Shown: positions 1 through 11,299 of the stretch, piece by piece
How positions within the stretch are numbered: the first letter of the stretch is position 1
Layout of the letters: each line of letters begins with the position of its first letter
Source of the DNA: Octopus vulgaris
Taxonomy: Eukaryota
DNA length: 64,000 nucleotides
NCBI GenBank assembly: GCA_951406725.2
Contig: OX597822.1
Location: 91,202,001 to 91,266,000, forward strand
Direction of reading: 5' to 3'
Translations under genes and position numbers: made by a program
Notes under the pieces: generated by a model
Databases searched by the model: none
What the model saw: the letters and a program-made list of their open reading frames with translations, nothing else
What the model was told of the DNA's origin: nothing

Positions 1-781
1 CACCTTGCGATTCTATCCTGCGATATTCCAATCCCATGATTTTAGAACCAGAGCTGTGATCTCCCAATGCAGAGAAATAGTCGCTCAATTTGGAAAGACT
101 CCCAGCTTGCCAAGCTACGCACACTCTCAAGTCATGTTACTCCAGAGGCCCTTCAAAGGAATCTCACCTCAGCCGCTTCTATCCGCGATCATACTTTCTC
201 TATCACTACACAACTTGTATTACTGTAGACACAAACACCAAATTGAAAGTAGCGAAATTCACCGACTTCTCCTTTTTGGGGAGCAAAAGCTGGAGCTAAC
301 TCATTACAGAACCTAAAACCAAACTTTTGAATGACAATAATGGCCGAGAAGCGTAGAGAAATTCCAAAACAGCCTACATGTTCCCAAGCCATGTTTCGAT
401 TGTTAAGCAAGGCTTGACTATGTGGCAGGAATTGATATGATAAAAAAAGAACCTAATTATTGAAACGACATTGCCTTTAAGAAGGCAATGTGGAGTGAGC
501 ACAGGAAAAATGAAGCAAAAAATATGGGGACCTTAGGGAGCAGCATGAGGCAAGAAGGTAGAAATGTAAAGGATTTCTGGTAGGGGTCGGATGTCATGAG
601 TCAGTACTTACTTGTTGTATTCCCTCTTTATCTCTCTCACTCTTTCTCTTCCTCTCTCTCTTTCATCAACCAACTTTCTATATATACTCCCCCCATTATA
701 CACCCTGCGTTCTCTGTTTCTCTCTCATCCATCAACACACACACACACACATACGGTCTATTATACCCTGTCTTGTTATAG

Positions 782-911
782 ATCGCCAGCCGTATTGTCA
801 TCTTCACGAGTGGAATCATTATGATGGTGTTGGGATGTTTTGGAAAATTTGGCATTTTATTGGTCACTATGCCAGACCCAATTGTTGGGGGAATGTTCCT
901 CGTGATGTTTG
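782..911 (+). CDS. SLC23-family (NAT/NCS2) nucleobase/ascorbate transporter, internal exon; upstream exons lie outside the window
   Basis: ag|ATC...TTT G|gtaag; IASRIVIFTSGIIMMVLGCFGKFGILLVTMPDPIVGGMFLVMFG resembles SLC23A1/2 'GSRRV...GKF...LPDPVLG...FG'. Confidence 0.93.
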
Positions 912-973
912 GTAAGTCCTTTTTTTTTCTCTCCCTATTTTGCTCTTTATATGTGTGTGTATATATATATATC

Positions 974-1284
974 ACCGTGATCACCGTGACCGACCAGGCT
1001 ATCAGATGTTGCTACACATCGCTGGTCACAATGCGCCTCACATTGTTTTAGCCTTTAAATGACGCCACCCCGCTGGCTAAGCGAGCAGGCCAACAGAAGA
1101 AAGAGTGAGAGAAAGTTGTGGCGAAAGAATACAGCAGGGATCGCCACCATCCCCTGCCGGAGCCTCGTGGAGCTTTTAGGTGTTTTCACTCAATAAACAC
1201 TCACAACGCCCGGTCTGGGAATCGAAACTGCGATCCTACGACCGCAAGTCCGCTGCCCTAACCACTGGGCCATTGCGCCTCCAC

Positions 1285-1285
<1 letters not shown>
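974..1285 (-). mobile_element. tRNA-derived SINE, family 1 (tail A)
   Basis: Minus-strand head gtggaggcgcaaTGGCCCAGTGGttagggcag...GTTTCGATTCC (Pol III A and B boxes). Confidence 0.85.
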
Positions 1286-1337
<52 letters not shown>

Positions 1338-1367
1338 TATAAATGATATGAGCAATTTATTTATGTA

Positions 1368-1672
1368 TGCGCCCTTTTCAAGCCTAGCCGGGCTCATGGG
1401 CCTGGTTTCCTGGTTTCTGTGGCGTATGTGTTCTCCCCAGCTGGACAGGATGCCAGTCCATCGCAGCATTACCCAAGAAAAAGGAAGAAACAGTGAGAGA
1501 AAGTTGGGGTGAAAGAGTACAACAGGGGTTGCCACTACCCCCTGCCAGAGCCTCGTGGAGCTTTAGGTGTTTTCACTCAATAAACACATACAACGCCTGG
1601 TCTGGGAATCGAAACCACGATTCTCTGACAGCGAGTCCGCTGCCCTAACCACTGGGCCATTGCTCCTCCACG
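1368..1672 (-). mobile_element. tRNA-derived SINE, family 1 (tail B)
   Basis: Same head and body as 974-1285 but an unrelated 3' module. Confidence 0.85.
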
Positions 1673-1807
1673 ATATGAGAAATAGTAAGATGAAATTATT
1701 TGAACCATTGGAAAATTCAAATATCATAACAAATTGTTTTGTAACTTAAAGCATACAAAGATTATCTATTTTATTATGTTTAATAATATTCAACAAAGAT
1801 TTTTCAC

Positions 1808-1951
1808 TCACCTGATGAGGTAGCCTAACTTCTGCATAGATTTAAAAGATTATTTGAATTAATGCAGACATGTAACTAATTTATTATTCAATATGATAAA
1901 ATGAAATAAAATATCTTTGCATTCTTTAAGTTACGAAACAATTGGTTGTGA
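1808..1951 (+). ncRNA. Hammerhead-like motif with a long loop II
   Basis: UCAC CUGAUGA G GUAGC [~105 nt] GUUAC GAAA CAAUUGG UU GUGA. Confidence 0.5.
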
Positions 1952-2121
1952 TATTTCCAATGGTCAAATAAATTTCATCATATCATTTATAACTTTATAC
2001 ACCCCTAACGGTTTTCTCTTGTGTCGTACAATTTATTCTATATGCTTTGTAGAATGATACATTAAGGAGATTTTTTATGAGTACTAATAGATTACTTAAA
2101 TCCATGTGTATATATATATAT

Positions 2122-2320
2122 ATGATAGATTGTTAGCCACTACTCACATTTTTTTTCTCTCCTTGTTTCTCTCCTCGTTTTTTCTGTGTCCCTTTCTGAA
2201 GAAGAGCGTAGGCTCAAAACGTAAAAGACTTTTTCTATTCCTGAGCGTTATACTAATACATCTGTTTGTTTTGTACACCACCTGTCTTCGTCTTTTGTTT
2301 TTTTCGTAAACTCTCCCTAT
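2122..2320 (+). mobile_element. Penelope pLTR/retrozyme-like ~200-bp repeat with degenerate hammerhead (2192-2227)
   Basis: CUUU CUGAAGA A GAGC GUAG GCUC aAAA CG UA AAAG; second copy on the minus strand at 16470-16647. Confidence 0.62.
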
Positions 2321-2780
2321 ATATATATATATATATAGACGAAGATATGTATATATATGTATGTACGTATGTATGTATGTGTGTGCGTATATATATATAC
2401 GCACACACACATAGATATATACATACATAAATATATTCTTTTTTTTAATTGCTTCAATCATTTGTCTATGGCCATGCTGGAGCACCGCCTTTAGTCAAAC
2501 AAATCAACTCCAGAACTTATTCTTTGTAAGCCTAGTACTTATTCCATTGGTCTCTTTTGCTGAACTGCTAAGTTATGGGGGGGGGGGGGGCGTAAAGACA
2601 CCAACACCAGTTGTCAAGTGATGTTGGGGTACAAACATAGATACACAAATACATACATACATGCATGTGTGTGTGTGTGTATGTGGCCAAAAACTGACTG
2701 GACCAAATAGAAAAATAAAGGTAATCGATATAGTTCTGTCTCTCTCTTTCCCTCTCTCTCTATATATGTTTCTTTTACAG

Positions 2781-2924
2781 GAATGGTAGCTGCAGTCGGT
2801 ATTTCCAATTTGCAACACGTTAATTTAGAATCTTCACGGAATTTGATGATTCTTGGAGTATCCTTGTTTGTTGGATTATCTCTGCCCTTATGGATTCAGG
2901 CAAATCAAGCTGACGTTAAAACAG
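2781..2924 (+). CDS. SLC23-family transporter, internal exon
   Basis: cag|GA...ACA G|gtgag, phase 1-1; (G)MVAAVGISNLQHVNLESSRNLMILGVSLFVGLSLPLWIQANQADVKTG carries the NLQ..L.SSRNL motif. Confidence 0.93.
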
Positions 2925-3186
2925 GTGAGAAAATTGCATCAATACAGGTGTGATTATGCATTTATACAGGTAGATCTTGCATTAATGCAGGTGAAACACC
3001 AAATACTGGAAGATGTTACACACCTGTCAACCTGTATACATACTTACCTATCTATCCATGTATGTATGTATGTATGTATGTGTGTATATATATGCATGTA
3101 TATATATCTATATGTATGTATACCTATTCATATATCCATCAGTCTATTTACCATCTAACTTTCGATCTAGCCCTCTGAGAATATTT

Positions 3187-3328
3187 CTATCTATCTATCT
3201 ATCTATCTATCTGTCTGTCTGTCTGTCTGTCTGTCTTCTGTCTGTCTTTCTGTCTGTCTCTCTGTCTGTCTGTCTGTCTATCTATCTGTCTGTCTGTCTC
3301 TCTGTCTATCTGTCTGTCTGTCTGTCTA

Positions 3329-3362
<34 letters not shown>

Positions 3363-3376
3363 AATCTATCTGTCTG

Positions 3377-3410
<34 letters not shown>

Positions 3411-3424
3411 AATCTGTCTATCTA

Positions 3425-3455
<31 letters not shown>

Positions 3456-3484
3456 GTATATCTATCTATCTGTATATCTATCTA

Positions 3485-3549
<65 letters not shown>

Positions 3550-3625
3550 ATACCTATGTATCTTTCTGACTGTTTACCAGTCTGCCTATCAGTCTCTCTC
3601 TCTCTGTCTCTCCCTCCCTCCCCCC
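3187..3625. repeat. Compound (TCTA)n/(TCTG)n microsatellite
   Basis: Direct inspection. Confidence 0.95.
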
Positions 3626-3778
3626 TCTCTCTCTTTCACTCACTCTCTCATATTCCATATATATTTCTAGTTAACATATTCCAGCCATTAATTATATGAA
3701 TCCTCAGATTAACAATTTTACCAAAATCCATCATCCAAAGATTAACAGATTTCAGTTCTGAAATTCTTATTTTCTCAG

Positions 3779-3874
3779 GAAGTGCTCAACTGGACCAAGT
3801 TCTTAGAATTCTTCTGAGTTCCAATATGTTTGTCGGAGGTTTTATTGGGTTTGTTTTAGACAACACAATCCCAG
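3779..3874 (+). CDS. SLC23-family transporter, internal exon
   Basis: cag|GA...CCA G|gtaag; (G)[32 protein letters not shown] (MFVGG..F.LDNTIPG motif). Confidence 0.93.
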
Positions 3875-4009
3875 GTAAGAATGTTCTTTTAATTCCTTCA
3901 TTTATCCAGATTAAGATCCACCGAGGCCCTAAACACTTAAAAAGATATTGAGGCCACCATAAAAGATTATGTAATTCAAAATGTAAACAGAAATCAGAAA
4001 TCAGAACCA

Positions 4010-4435
4010 AAATCGAAGTCGATCAACATCAATGAAAATTGCAGCTGTGATACCAGTGCTGGTGGCACGTAAGCGAACCATCCGATCGTGGCCGTTGCCA
4101 GCGCCGCCCCGACTGGCCTCCGTGCCGGTGACACTTAAATATCACCCTCTGATCGTGGCCGTTGCCAGCCTCGCCTGGCCCCCCGTGCCGGTGGCACGTA
4201 AAAAGCACCATCCGTCCGTGGCCGTTTGCCAGCCCCGTCTGGCACCTGTGCCGGTGGCACATAAAAAGCACCCACTACACTCAGAGTGGTTGGCGTTAGG
4301 AAGGGCACCCAGCCGTAGAAACATTGCCAGATCAGACTGGGCCTGGTGCAGCCTTCTGGCTTCCCAGACCCCAGTTGAACCATCCAACCCATGCTAGCGT
4401 GGAAAGCGGACGCTAAATGATGATGATGATGATGA
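4010..4435 (+). mobile_element. RTE 3'UTR-derived repeat with internal ~60-bp tandem modules
   Basis: Repeated gtgccggtggcacgtaaaaagcacc modules, gaagggca(c/t)ccag core, (GAT)n tail; related copies near 15020-15396(+), 19574-19705(-), 25360-25540(+), 40672-41135(+), 44325-44500(-), 48230-48420(+). Confidence 0.8.
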
Positions 4436-4626
4436 AACAATAACAAACCATAAAATGAATATTTATTTTTCAAAACGAAACAAAACAGTAAGAGGGAAAA
4501 TAATGTTTATTTTTGTATTTTTTCCACTTTATTTATATTTGAAAAGTTTCCTCCTACTTTTTTGAATTGCAAAGTCTTTGAATCAGATCCTCAAAATTAA
4601 TATTAAGTAACACATCTGCATCTATG

Positions 4627-5812
4627 TGGAGGCAAATAATGGCCTAGTGGTTAGAGCAGTGGACTTGCGGTCGAGGGATGTGTACAAGATGAAGTTAGGA
4701 TGAATGCTGGTGACAGAGATGGAGGTTCTGAATACTGCTGGACGATGTCGAGTCTCCATGTGGCTTCTGGTGTGTTGTCACTGGAACTGGCTGTGTCCTG
4801 CGTGGTCAGTGGCTAGATCTAAAAAGGCCTGGAACCGACTGACTTCGAGACAGTGTTGAAGCTATCGTTTTATACCATGCTATCAGCTCACCGAAGTTTT
4901 GGAAGACATTGTCTCACATGACCTTATCAGAAAGCTGCAATTGGCTGAGTTGCACATTGGTGCATAATAGAGCAAGAGATAAAAGTGCGCCAATACCAAC
5001 CAATCAGAGTAGTGGACACAACAGGGTGCAAAAAGGCAACCGAAGGCTAGCTGTTATCTACTACGTCCGTATTCATGTATATATAACAGAGAGAGAGAGT
5101 CCGTTACGCTATAAAGTGCCCCAGGCTGCTTATGGATTAACTTGTATGAGCCGAGCATCTGCTTTTTGCTGGCACAAAAGGTTCAAGCAATGTAGAGAAG
5201 AGGTGAGAGATGATAAGAGATGTGGGAGGGAGAAGGGTTCCAGAATATCAGAGCTGGTTGAGAATATTCGCAATTCTCTGGATGAAGGCCATCACGTCTC
5301 TATAATGTCTTTAAGCTTGCAGTTTGGAGTATGTGTGACAACTGTACACAGAATTATTCAAGAAGATCTGAGCATGTGCAAAATTTCTGCAAAGTTTGTT
5401 CCTAGAGTGCTCAATAACGAACAGAGGGAGAGAGGCATTGGTAACAGCAGGGAGATGTTTGAGCTGATTACCTCCAGTCCAGGAGCAATTGAGTCTCATG
5501 GTTTCGATTCTCAGACCAGGCGTTGTGTTTAATGAGCAAAAACACCTAAAGCTCCACGAGGCTCCGGCAGGTGGCGACCCCTGCTGTACTCTTTCACAAC
5601 TTTCTCTCACTCTTTCTTCTGTTTCTGTTGTATCTGTATTTCAAAGGGGCCAGCCTTGTCACACTCTGTATCATGCTGAATCTCCCCGAAAACTACGTTA
5701 AGGGTACACGTGTCTATGGAGTACTCAGCCACTTGCACATTAATTTCACGAGCAGGCTGTTCCGTTGATCGGATCAACTGGAACCCTTGTCATCGTAACC
5801 AACGGAGTGCCA
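4627..5812 (+). mobile_element. tRNA-derived SINE, family 1 (tail C), split by an ~820-bp insertion
   Basis: A-box half at 4627-4679; B-box half resumes at ~5497 (catggtttcgattctcagacc). Confidence 0.75.
5107..5480 (+). mobile_element. mariner transposase N-terminal fragment
   Basis: AYG..CMSRASAFCWHKRFK...DDKRCGR...TTVHRII.EDL.MCKISAKFVPRVL: Mos1-type HTH domains and a WVPHEL-like linker. Confidence 0.82.
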
Positions 5813-5924
5813 CGATTATGTATGTATAATTATTCTTAGAACATATTCTATCCTTGTTAATGCAAGAACCTGATTGTTAAAACATTATAGCATAATTCTA
5901 ATTACTGTTAACATTTAATTTCAG

Positions 5925-6154
5925 GAACTCCTGAAGAACGCGGAATTATCAAATGGGACAATATTGTTGATAGCAAAGCTGAAAATATTTCCGAGTCCTA
6001 TGATACGTACTCATTCCCACGACCAATACAGAAACTTGTTGACAGGTGGAATTGGCCTGTTTACGTACCCTTTTGTCCATCTTATAATTCCTACATCTCC
6101 AGGCTCGTCAAACGTATGGCTGCCTGCTGTTCGTGCCGCAAAAAAACCAACTGA
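5925..6154 (+). CDS. SLC23-family transporter, terminal exon
   Basis: cag|GA ACT CCT GAA GAA CGC; (G)TPEERGIIKW...VPFCPSY...RKKTN*, TGA at 6152-6154. Confidence 0.9.
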
Positions 6155-6225
6155 ACCTGTGGCAGCATAATCCATTGAAGCTATGTTGTAGCCGTGGTTT
6201 CTGATAATTTTGTTTACATATTCAC

Positions 6226-6272
<47 letters not shown>

Positions 6273-6303
6273 ATGTATGTGCATGTGTGTGTGTGTATGT
6301 GTG

Positions 6304-6335
<32 letters not shown>

Positions 6336-6512
6336 ATTACGGAGATGTACTTGCATACCAAGTGATTTGATCTGAGATCGTGTGCTGAAACGAAAACAAT
6401 TGCAGCGTGGAAGCCATTTAAGAAACACACAAAAGCCGTTCGATTCACTTCAACATTTAAGTTCATCGCTTTAAGACCACGACCTGTTCACTGACAAAAA
6501 AATCTGTGCTGC

Positions 6513-6548
<36 letters not shown>

Positions 6549-6551
<3 letters not shown>

Positions 6552-6675
6552 GGTGTCCACTAAGTCTGGGTACATGGAGTAAATAAAATCATAACATAAA
6601 GAATTAAATATAAGAAATGATAATTTCTTAAAGTATGTGTTAATCCCCATGTACCCAGACTTTCTGAACACCTTG
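6549..6675. mobile_element. Tc1/mariner-type MITE
   Basis: TA|CAGGGTGTCCACTAAGTCTGGGTACATGG ... CCATGTACCCAGACTTTCTGAACACCTTG|TA. Confidence 0.8.
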
Positions 6676-7796
6676 TATATGTGTGTGTGTGTGTATGTAT
6701 GTATATGTGTGTGTGTGTGTGTGTATGTGGTTCAACCCGGCTTTCAATTAATTGATTTTTGAAATTTTGATTTTAACTCTTGGACTAGTTATGTAAACGT
6801 GACGATGGATTTGTTTCGCGCTATGCAGATTTCATTCCGTATAGCAAAGTCTCATGCATATATTTTGTTTATTTTGTTTATATTTCTACATATACATTAG
6901 GAAAAACCTTCAGCTTTGTTTATTTCATGTTATTGTATTGTATAGCAATGTTGTCAAAAATTAGAATTTTGATGTAAATATGTGTATAGCCATGGATATG
7001 TATTTGTAAGCATGCGTCTCTGTGTATGTGTAAGTGAGCGTATGTTTGTGCTTAAGCACACACATACACGACTGTATGTGTATGTATCCATTTGAACTTG
7101 TGTTTGTATACTTTTCTCTATATATGTCAATAACGTGGTTACACAGCTTGTATACATAATTTTTCCTATTTCGTTTTTTTCCCCCACCCCTCCTTTTCTT
7201 TTTTCCTTCCCCCTTCTTCGTTCCTTTTTCTCTCTCTTCCTTTCTTTCGTTTTTTTCTCTAACTGATACTGGTGCATACAACTTTACATCTCCCTCACTT
7301 AAGCTTTGCTCCGTAAATAAGAAACGCTACATTAGAATCGATGATTTTAACTTGCGTGCGAGATAGATTGCGTACACATATGTATGCATGCATTTGTGTG
7401 TATATTTTATATTTATATTTATACGTCTGTATATGTATGGCGTTTGCATGCATCCTTCTGTGTATGTTAATATATATATATATATATGTACACTTTAATA
7501 TGAATATGTATTGCAGTGTAATATTTATAATGCGTTTTAATTTCCATGCATTAATTATATTTCCTTCATTAACGTCAATATGTATTTTATTCAATGTAAG
7601 GTTTTTTCCTCGAATTTTATAATTTTTATAATTTTTTTATATATATATATATATACATATATATTTTTGAGCTCATTTTTTTGTTTATCGCTCAAAGATT
7701 GATCGTTATTTCTAAAGGGCCAATCAAACAAGTCCATTATTTAAAGGTGTAGCGTTTGTAAGAGTCTGGATTGAATTGATATATCGGTTCCATTCT

Positions 7797-7850
7797 AACA
7801 AAAACTGTCTGATGAACGGCAACGAGAAACTCAGAGTAACAGATTTTGTT
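7797..7850 (+). ncRNA. Minimal type-I hammerhead ribozyme motif
   Basis: AACAAAAACUGU CUGAUGA ACGGCAACGA GAAA CUCAGAG UA ACAGAUUUUGUU; stem I pairs 11/12; stem III ACUC-A-GAGU; weak stem II. Confidence 0.7.
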
Positions 7851-7887
7851 GAATTTTCTGCTGCTTTAAATAAAGTATATATATATA

Positions 7888-8084
7888 TATATTTGCCATT
7901 GAAATATGGCTAACCCCTAAGGGTGGATGCTACTGTAGTTTGTAACCCTAGGAGGGCACCTCCTCCAGCTGCCTATAGACACACTTTCTGTGCCCTATCA
8001 GTATTTGCAAAGGTGTCCTCCTGGGGCTACAAACTACAGTAGCATCCCCCCTTAGGGGTTAGCCATATTTCAATGGCAAATATA
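7888..8084. mobile_element. Fold-back MITE with ~72-bp arms
   Basis: tatatttgccattgaaatatggctaacccctaaggg... versus ...cccttaggggttagccatatttcaatggcaaatata. Confidence 0.8.
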
Positions 8085-8150
8085 CGTCACGATGTGTTGC
8101 AGCTACTGTTTATAACTCGCTCTGAGATTTATTATATATATATATATATA

Positions 8151-8531
8151 GGCGCAGGAGTGGCTGTGTGGTAAGTAGCTTGCTAACCAACCCCATGGTT
8201 CCGGGTTCAGTCCCACTGCGTGGCATCTTGGGCAAGTCTCTTCTGCTATAGCCCCAGGCCGACCAATGCCTTGTGAGTGGATTTGGTAGATAGAAACTGA
8301 AAGAAGCCTGTCGTATATATGTGTATGTATGTGTGTGTGTGTTTGTCCCCCAAGCATTGCTTGACAACCGATGCTGGTGTGTTTACATCCCCGTCACTTA
8401 GCGGTTCAGCAAAAGAGACTGATAGAATAAGTACAGGGCTTACAAAGAATAAGTCCCGGGGTCGAGTTGCTCGACTAAAGACGGTGCTCCAGCATGGCTG
8501 CAGTCAAATGACTGAAACAAGTAAAAGAGTA
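8151..8531 (+). mobile_element. tRNA-derived SINE, family 3 (CORE-like body, internal TA/TG microsatellite)
   Basis: ggcgcaggagTGGCTGTGTGGtaag...GGTTCAGTCCC...ttgggcaagt; other copies near 2445-2650(-), 9863-10229(-), 10610-10830(-), 18308-18690(+), 19334-19500(+), 23030-23401(-), 32615-33005(+), 51808-52215(-). Confidence 0.88.
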
Positions 8532-9054
8532 ATATATATATATATATATATTTGTATGTGTGTGTGTGTGTATATATATATTTGTGTGTGTGTGTTGGGG
8601 TGTGTATATATATATGTGTATTGAGTTGTGTCCTTCAATGGCAAAATGTAACTTCAAAGATTCCCTAAACAAGATCTGAAAAGATGTAAATAATGTTAAG
8701 TTCCGACTGGTGCCCCAGCATGGCCACGGTCCACTGAATCAGTACAGTTATGTGCACAATATGTATTTGCTGTATTGACTTACATATCTCAATGTTCCAG
8801 GTTCAAACCTTGTTGAGCTCAACACTTTGATTTTTTTTTTTTGGTGATGGGGCAAGGGCAAGGTGAATGTAGTGTCTATAAAAAGTAACAGTTATATACT
8901 GGGGTCCAGCTGTTTCGATGCTATGCATAAAAAGAGAGAGAGAGAGACATAGATAAAAACATAGCCTGATGCTCACGTGTATAACGAGAAACTCATTACA
9001 ATTTATAATTAAACACAAATAGCAGAAACACATCCCTTCTCTTCAGCCATATAA

Positions 9055-9388
9055 AGAGAGTGGGGGGGGAGAAAGAGGGAGGGAGTGGGAGAGAGAGAAA
9101 GAGTGGGGGGAGTGGGGGAGAGAGCGAAAGAGAGAGAGAGTGGTGGAGAGAAAGAGAGAGAGGGGGAAAGAGAGAGAGAGTGGGGGAGAGAAAGAGAGAG
9201 AGAGAGAGTGGGGGACAGAAAGAGAGAGAGAGTGGGGGACAGAAAGAGAGAGAGAGTGGGGGAGATAAAGAGAGAAAGGGGAGAGAGAGAGTGAGTGAGT
9301 GGGGGAGAGAAAGAGAGAGTGAGGGGGAAAGAGAGTGGGGGACAGAGAGTGAGAGTGGGGGAGAGAAAGAGAGAGAGAGAGAGAGAAT
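9055..9388. repeat. GA-rich low-complexity repeat (gagagagtggggga units)
   Basis: Direct inspection. Confidence 0.9.
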
Positions 9389-10864
9389 GAAACATTAAAA
9401 TATCAAATAAATGAACATCGAATCAGTGACACCAAAAATGGAAGAGCCAGAAGGTCTTACACCCGGTTCAATATAATCACTTGTTCCCTTCACTAAAATA
9501 TGTCCTTATTATTAAATATCACTAACTGCCCCTTGATGAATCCCTAAAATAGGTGGATTTGTGCCAAAACTAAAAAATGTTTCTTCGAATTCAGCCCCAA
9601 ACTGAATATTGTTTAGATTAAATGAATAAGTTAATATATATTCTTTTCTACTCTAGGCACAAGGCCTGAAATTTGGGGAGGAGGGGGCCAGTCGATTAGA
9701 TCGACCCCAGTATACAACTGGTACTAAACTTATCGACCCTGAAAGGATGAAAGGCAAAGTCAACCTTGGCAGAATTTGAACTCAGAACGTAAGGTCAGAC
9801 GAAATACCACTAAGTGTTTTGCCTGGTGTGCTAATGTTTCAGCCAGCTCGCCGCCTTTAAGTTACTCTTTTATTTGTTTCAGTCATTTAAGTACGGCCAA
9901 ACAAATCGACCCCAGGACTCTTTGTAAGCCTAGTACTTATTCTATCGGTCTCTTTTGCCAAACTGTTAAGTTACGGGGACGTAAACACACCGGCATCGTT
10001 TTCCAAGCGATGGTGGGAGGGACAAACACAGACACACACACATATATACATATATCATCATCATCATATACGACAGGCTTCTTTCAGTTTCCCTCTACCA
10101 AATCCACTCACAAGGCTTTGGTTGGCCCGAGGCTATAGTGGAAGGCACTTGCCCAAAGTGCCATGCAGTGGGACTGAACCTGGAACCATGTTGTTGGGAA
10201 GCAAGCTTCTTACCACACAGCCACTCCCGTAGAAATAAAACAATTTTCTTCTCCTGTCCCCTACACATCATTACACCCCATATTTACATCTCTGATAGGT
10301 TTCAATCAGTTTTCAAACTCAAATCCTATTCAGATCTCTCGGAACAGGATATCTGCGTGAAACCAGGCTAGATTTGAACCTGTGATCTTTAGAATGAATG
10401 TGAACGGTGTTTATATCAAGCACCCCAATAAAATGCACCTTGTACACCTTATGTTGTATAGTGGTTAGTGAATGAAGTGGGAAGGGTACATTTAAGGGTT
10501 AGGACAATCCTTTAGTGTTGTTCTGGCAAAGTTATTGCTTACAGTGAATGAACACACACGAAGACAAAACACACACACAAACACACACAAACACATACAT
10601 AAATACATTTTCTTTCTTTTACTCATTTCAGTCATCTGACTGGAGTCATACTGGAGCACTGCCTTGAAAGGTTTTTTTTTATTTTAGTCGAATAAACTGA
10701 CCCCAGAGCTTATTCTTTGTAAGCCTAGTACTTATTTTATCAGTCTCTTTTGACGAACCACTACGTTACAGGGATGTAAACACACCAACACCAGTAGTCA
10801 AGCAGTGATACAGGGACAAACACAGACACACACACGGATACATACACATACACACACATATATA

Positions 10865-11150
10865 TCTATATATATAAAACTGAGATTGTCTGTCTGAATG
10901 TGTGCCTCGCTAAAACTCGAGAACTACCCAACCAATTTCATTCAAATTTTACACATGCCTTACTTGGGGTCCAAGCAGTGTCATGGGCCCAAAAAATGTT
11001 CAACCTCTTGCCTAATTCGAGCCCGGAACAATCTCTTTCTCTTACACTATTTCAGTATTATGTGTCAAAAGTGAAACAATAACATCTCTATTGTAATGTG
11101 AGATAATACTTTCAGTTTTAATAGGTTTAACTATTAATATTTTCACTTTG
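10865..11150 (+). mobile_element. Possible Helitron-like 5' end
   Basis: a|TCtatatatataaaactgagattgtctgtctg start resembles non-autonomous Helitrons; no CTAG 3' end identified. Confidence 0.4.
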
Positions 11151-11299
11151 TATATATATATATTAGGCTAAAGCTTATATAAAAATACCAATATTATTAT
11201 TTACAGGATTGTAAAATATGGTGCTGTAAAAATAAACCATTCACACCGCAAGCATATATATGTTTCATGTCTATTACTTTCATGATGATATATTTATCA

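Noticed and set aside
1-420. Possible decayed LINE RT (SRGPSKESHLS / PLLSAII / KVAKFTD)
   Set aside because: Only faint motif resemblance across frameshifts; insufficient without a profile search.
3013-3699. 228-aa ORF
   Set aside because: Translation of a (TCTA/TCTG)n microsatellite inside an SLC23 intron.
8151-8225. tRNA-like sequences (here and at other SINE heads)
   Set aside because: A/B boxes are present but there is no full cloverleaf, and each continues into a SINE body.
9009-9398. ORFs of 69-128 aa on both strands
   Set aside because: GA-rich low-complexity repeat.
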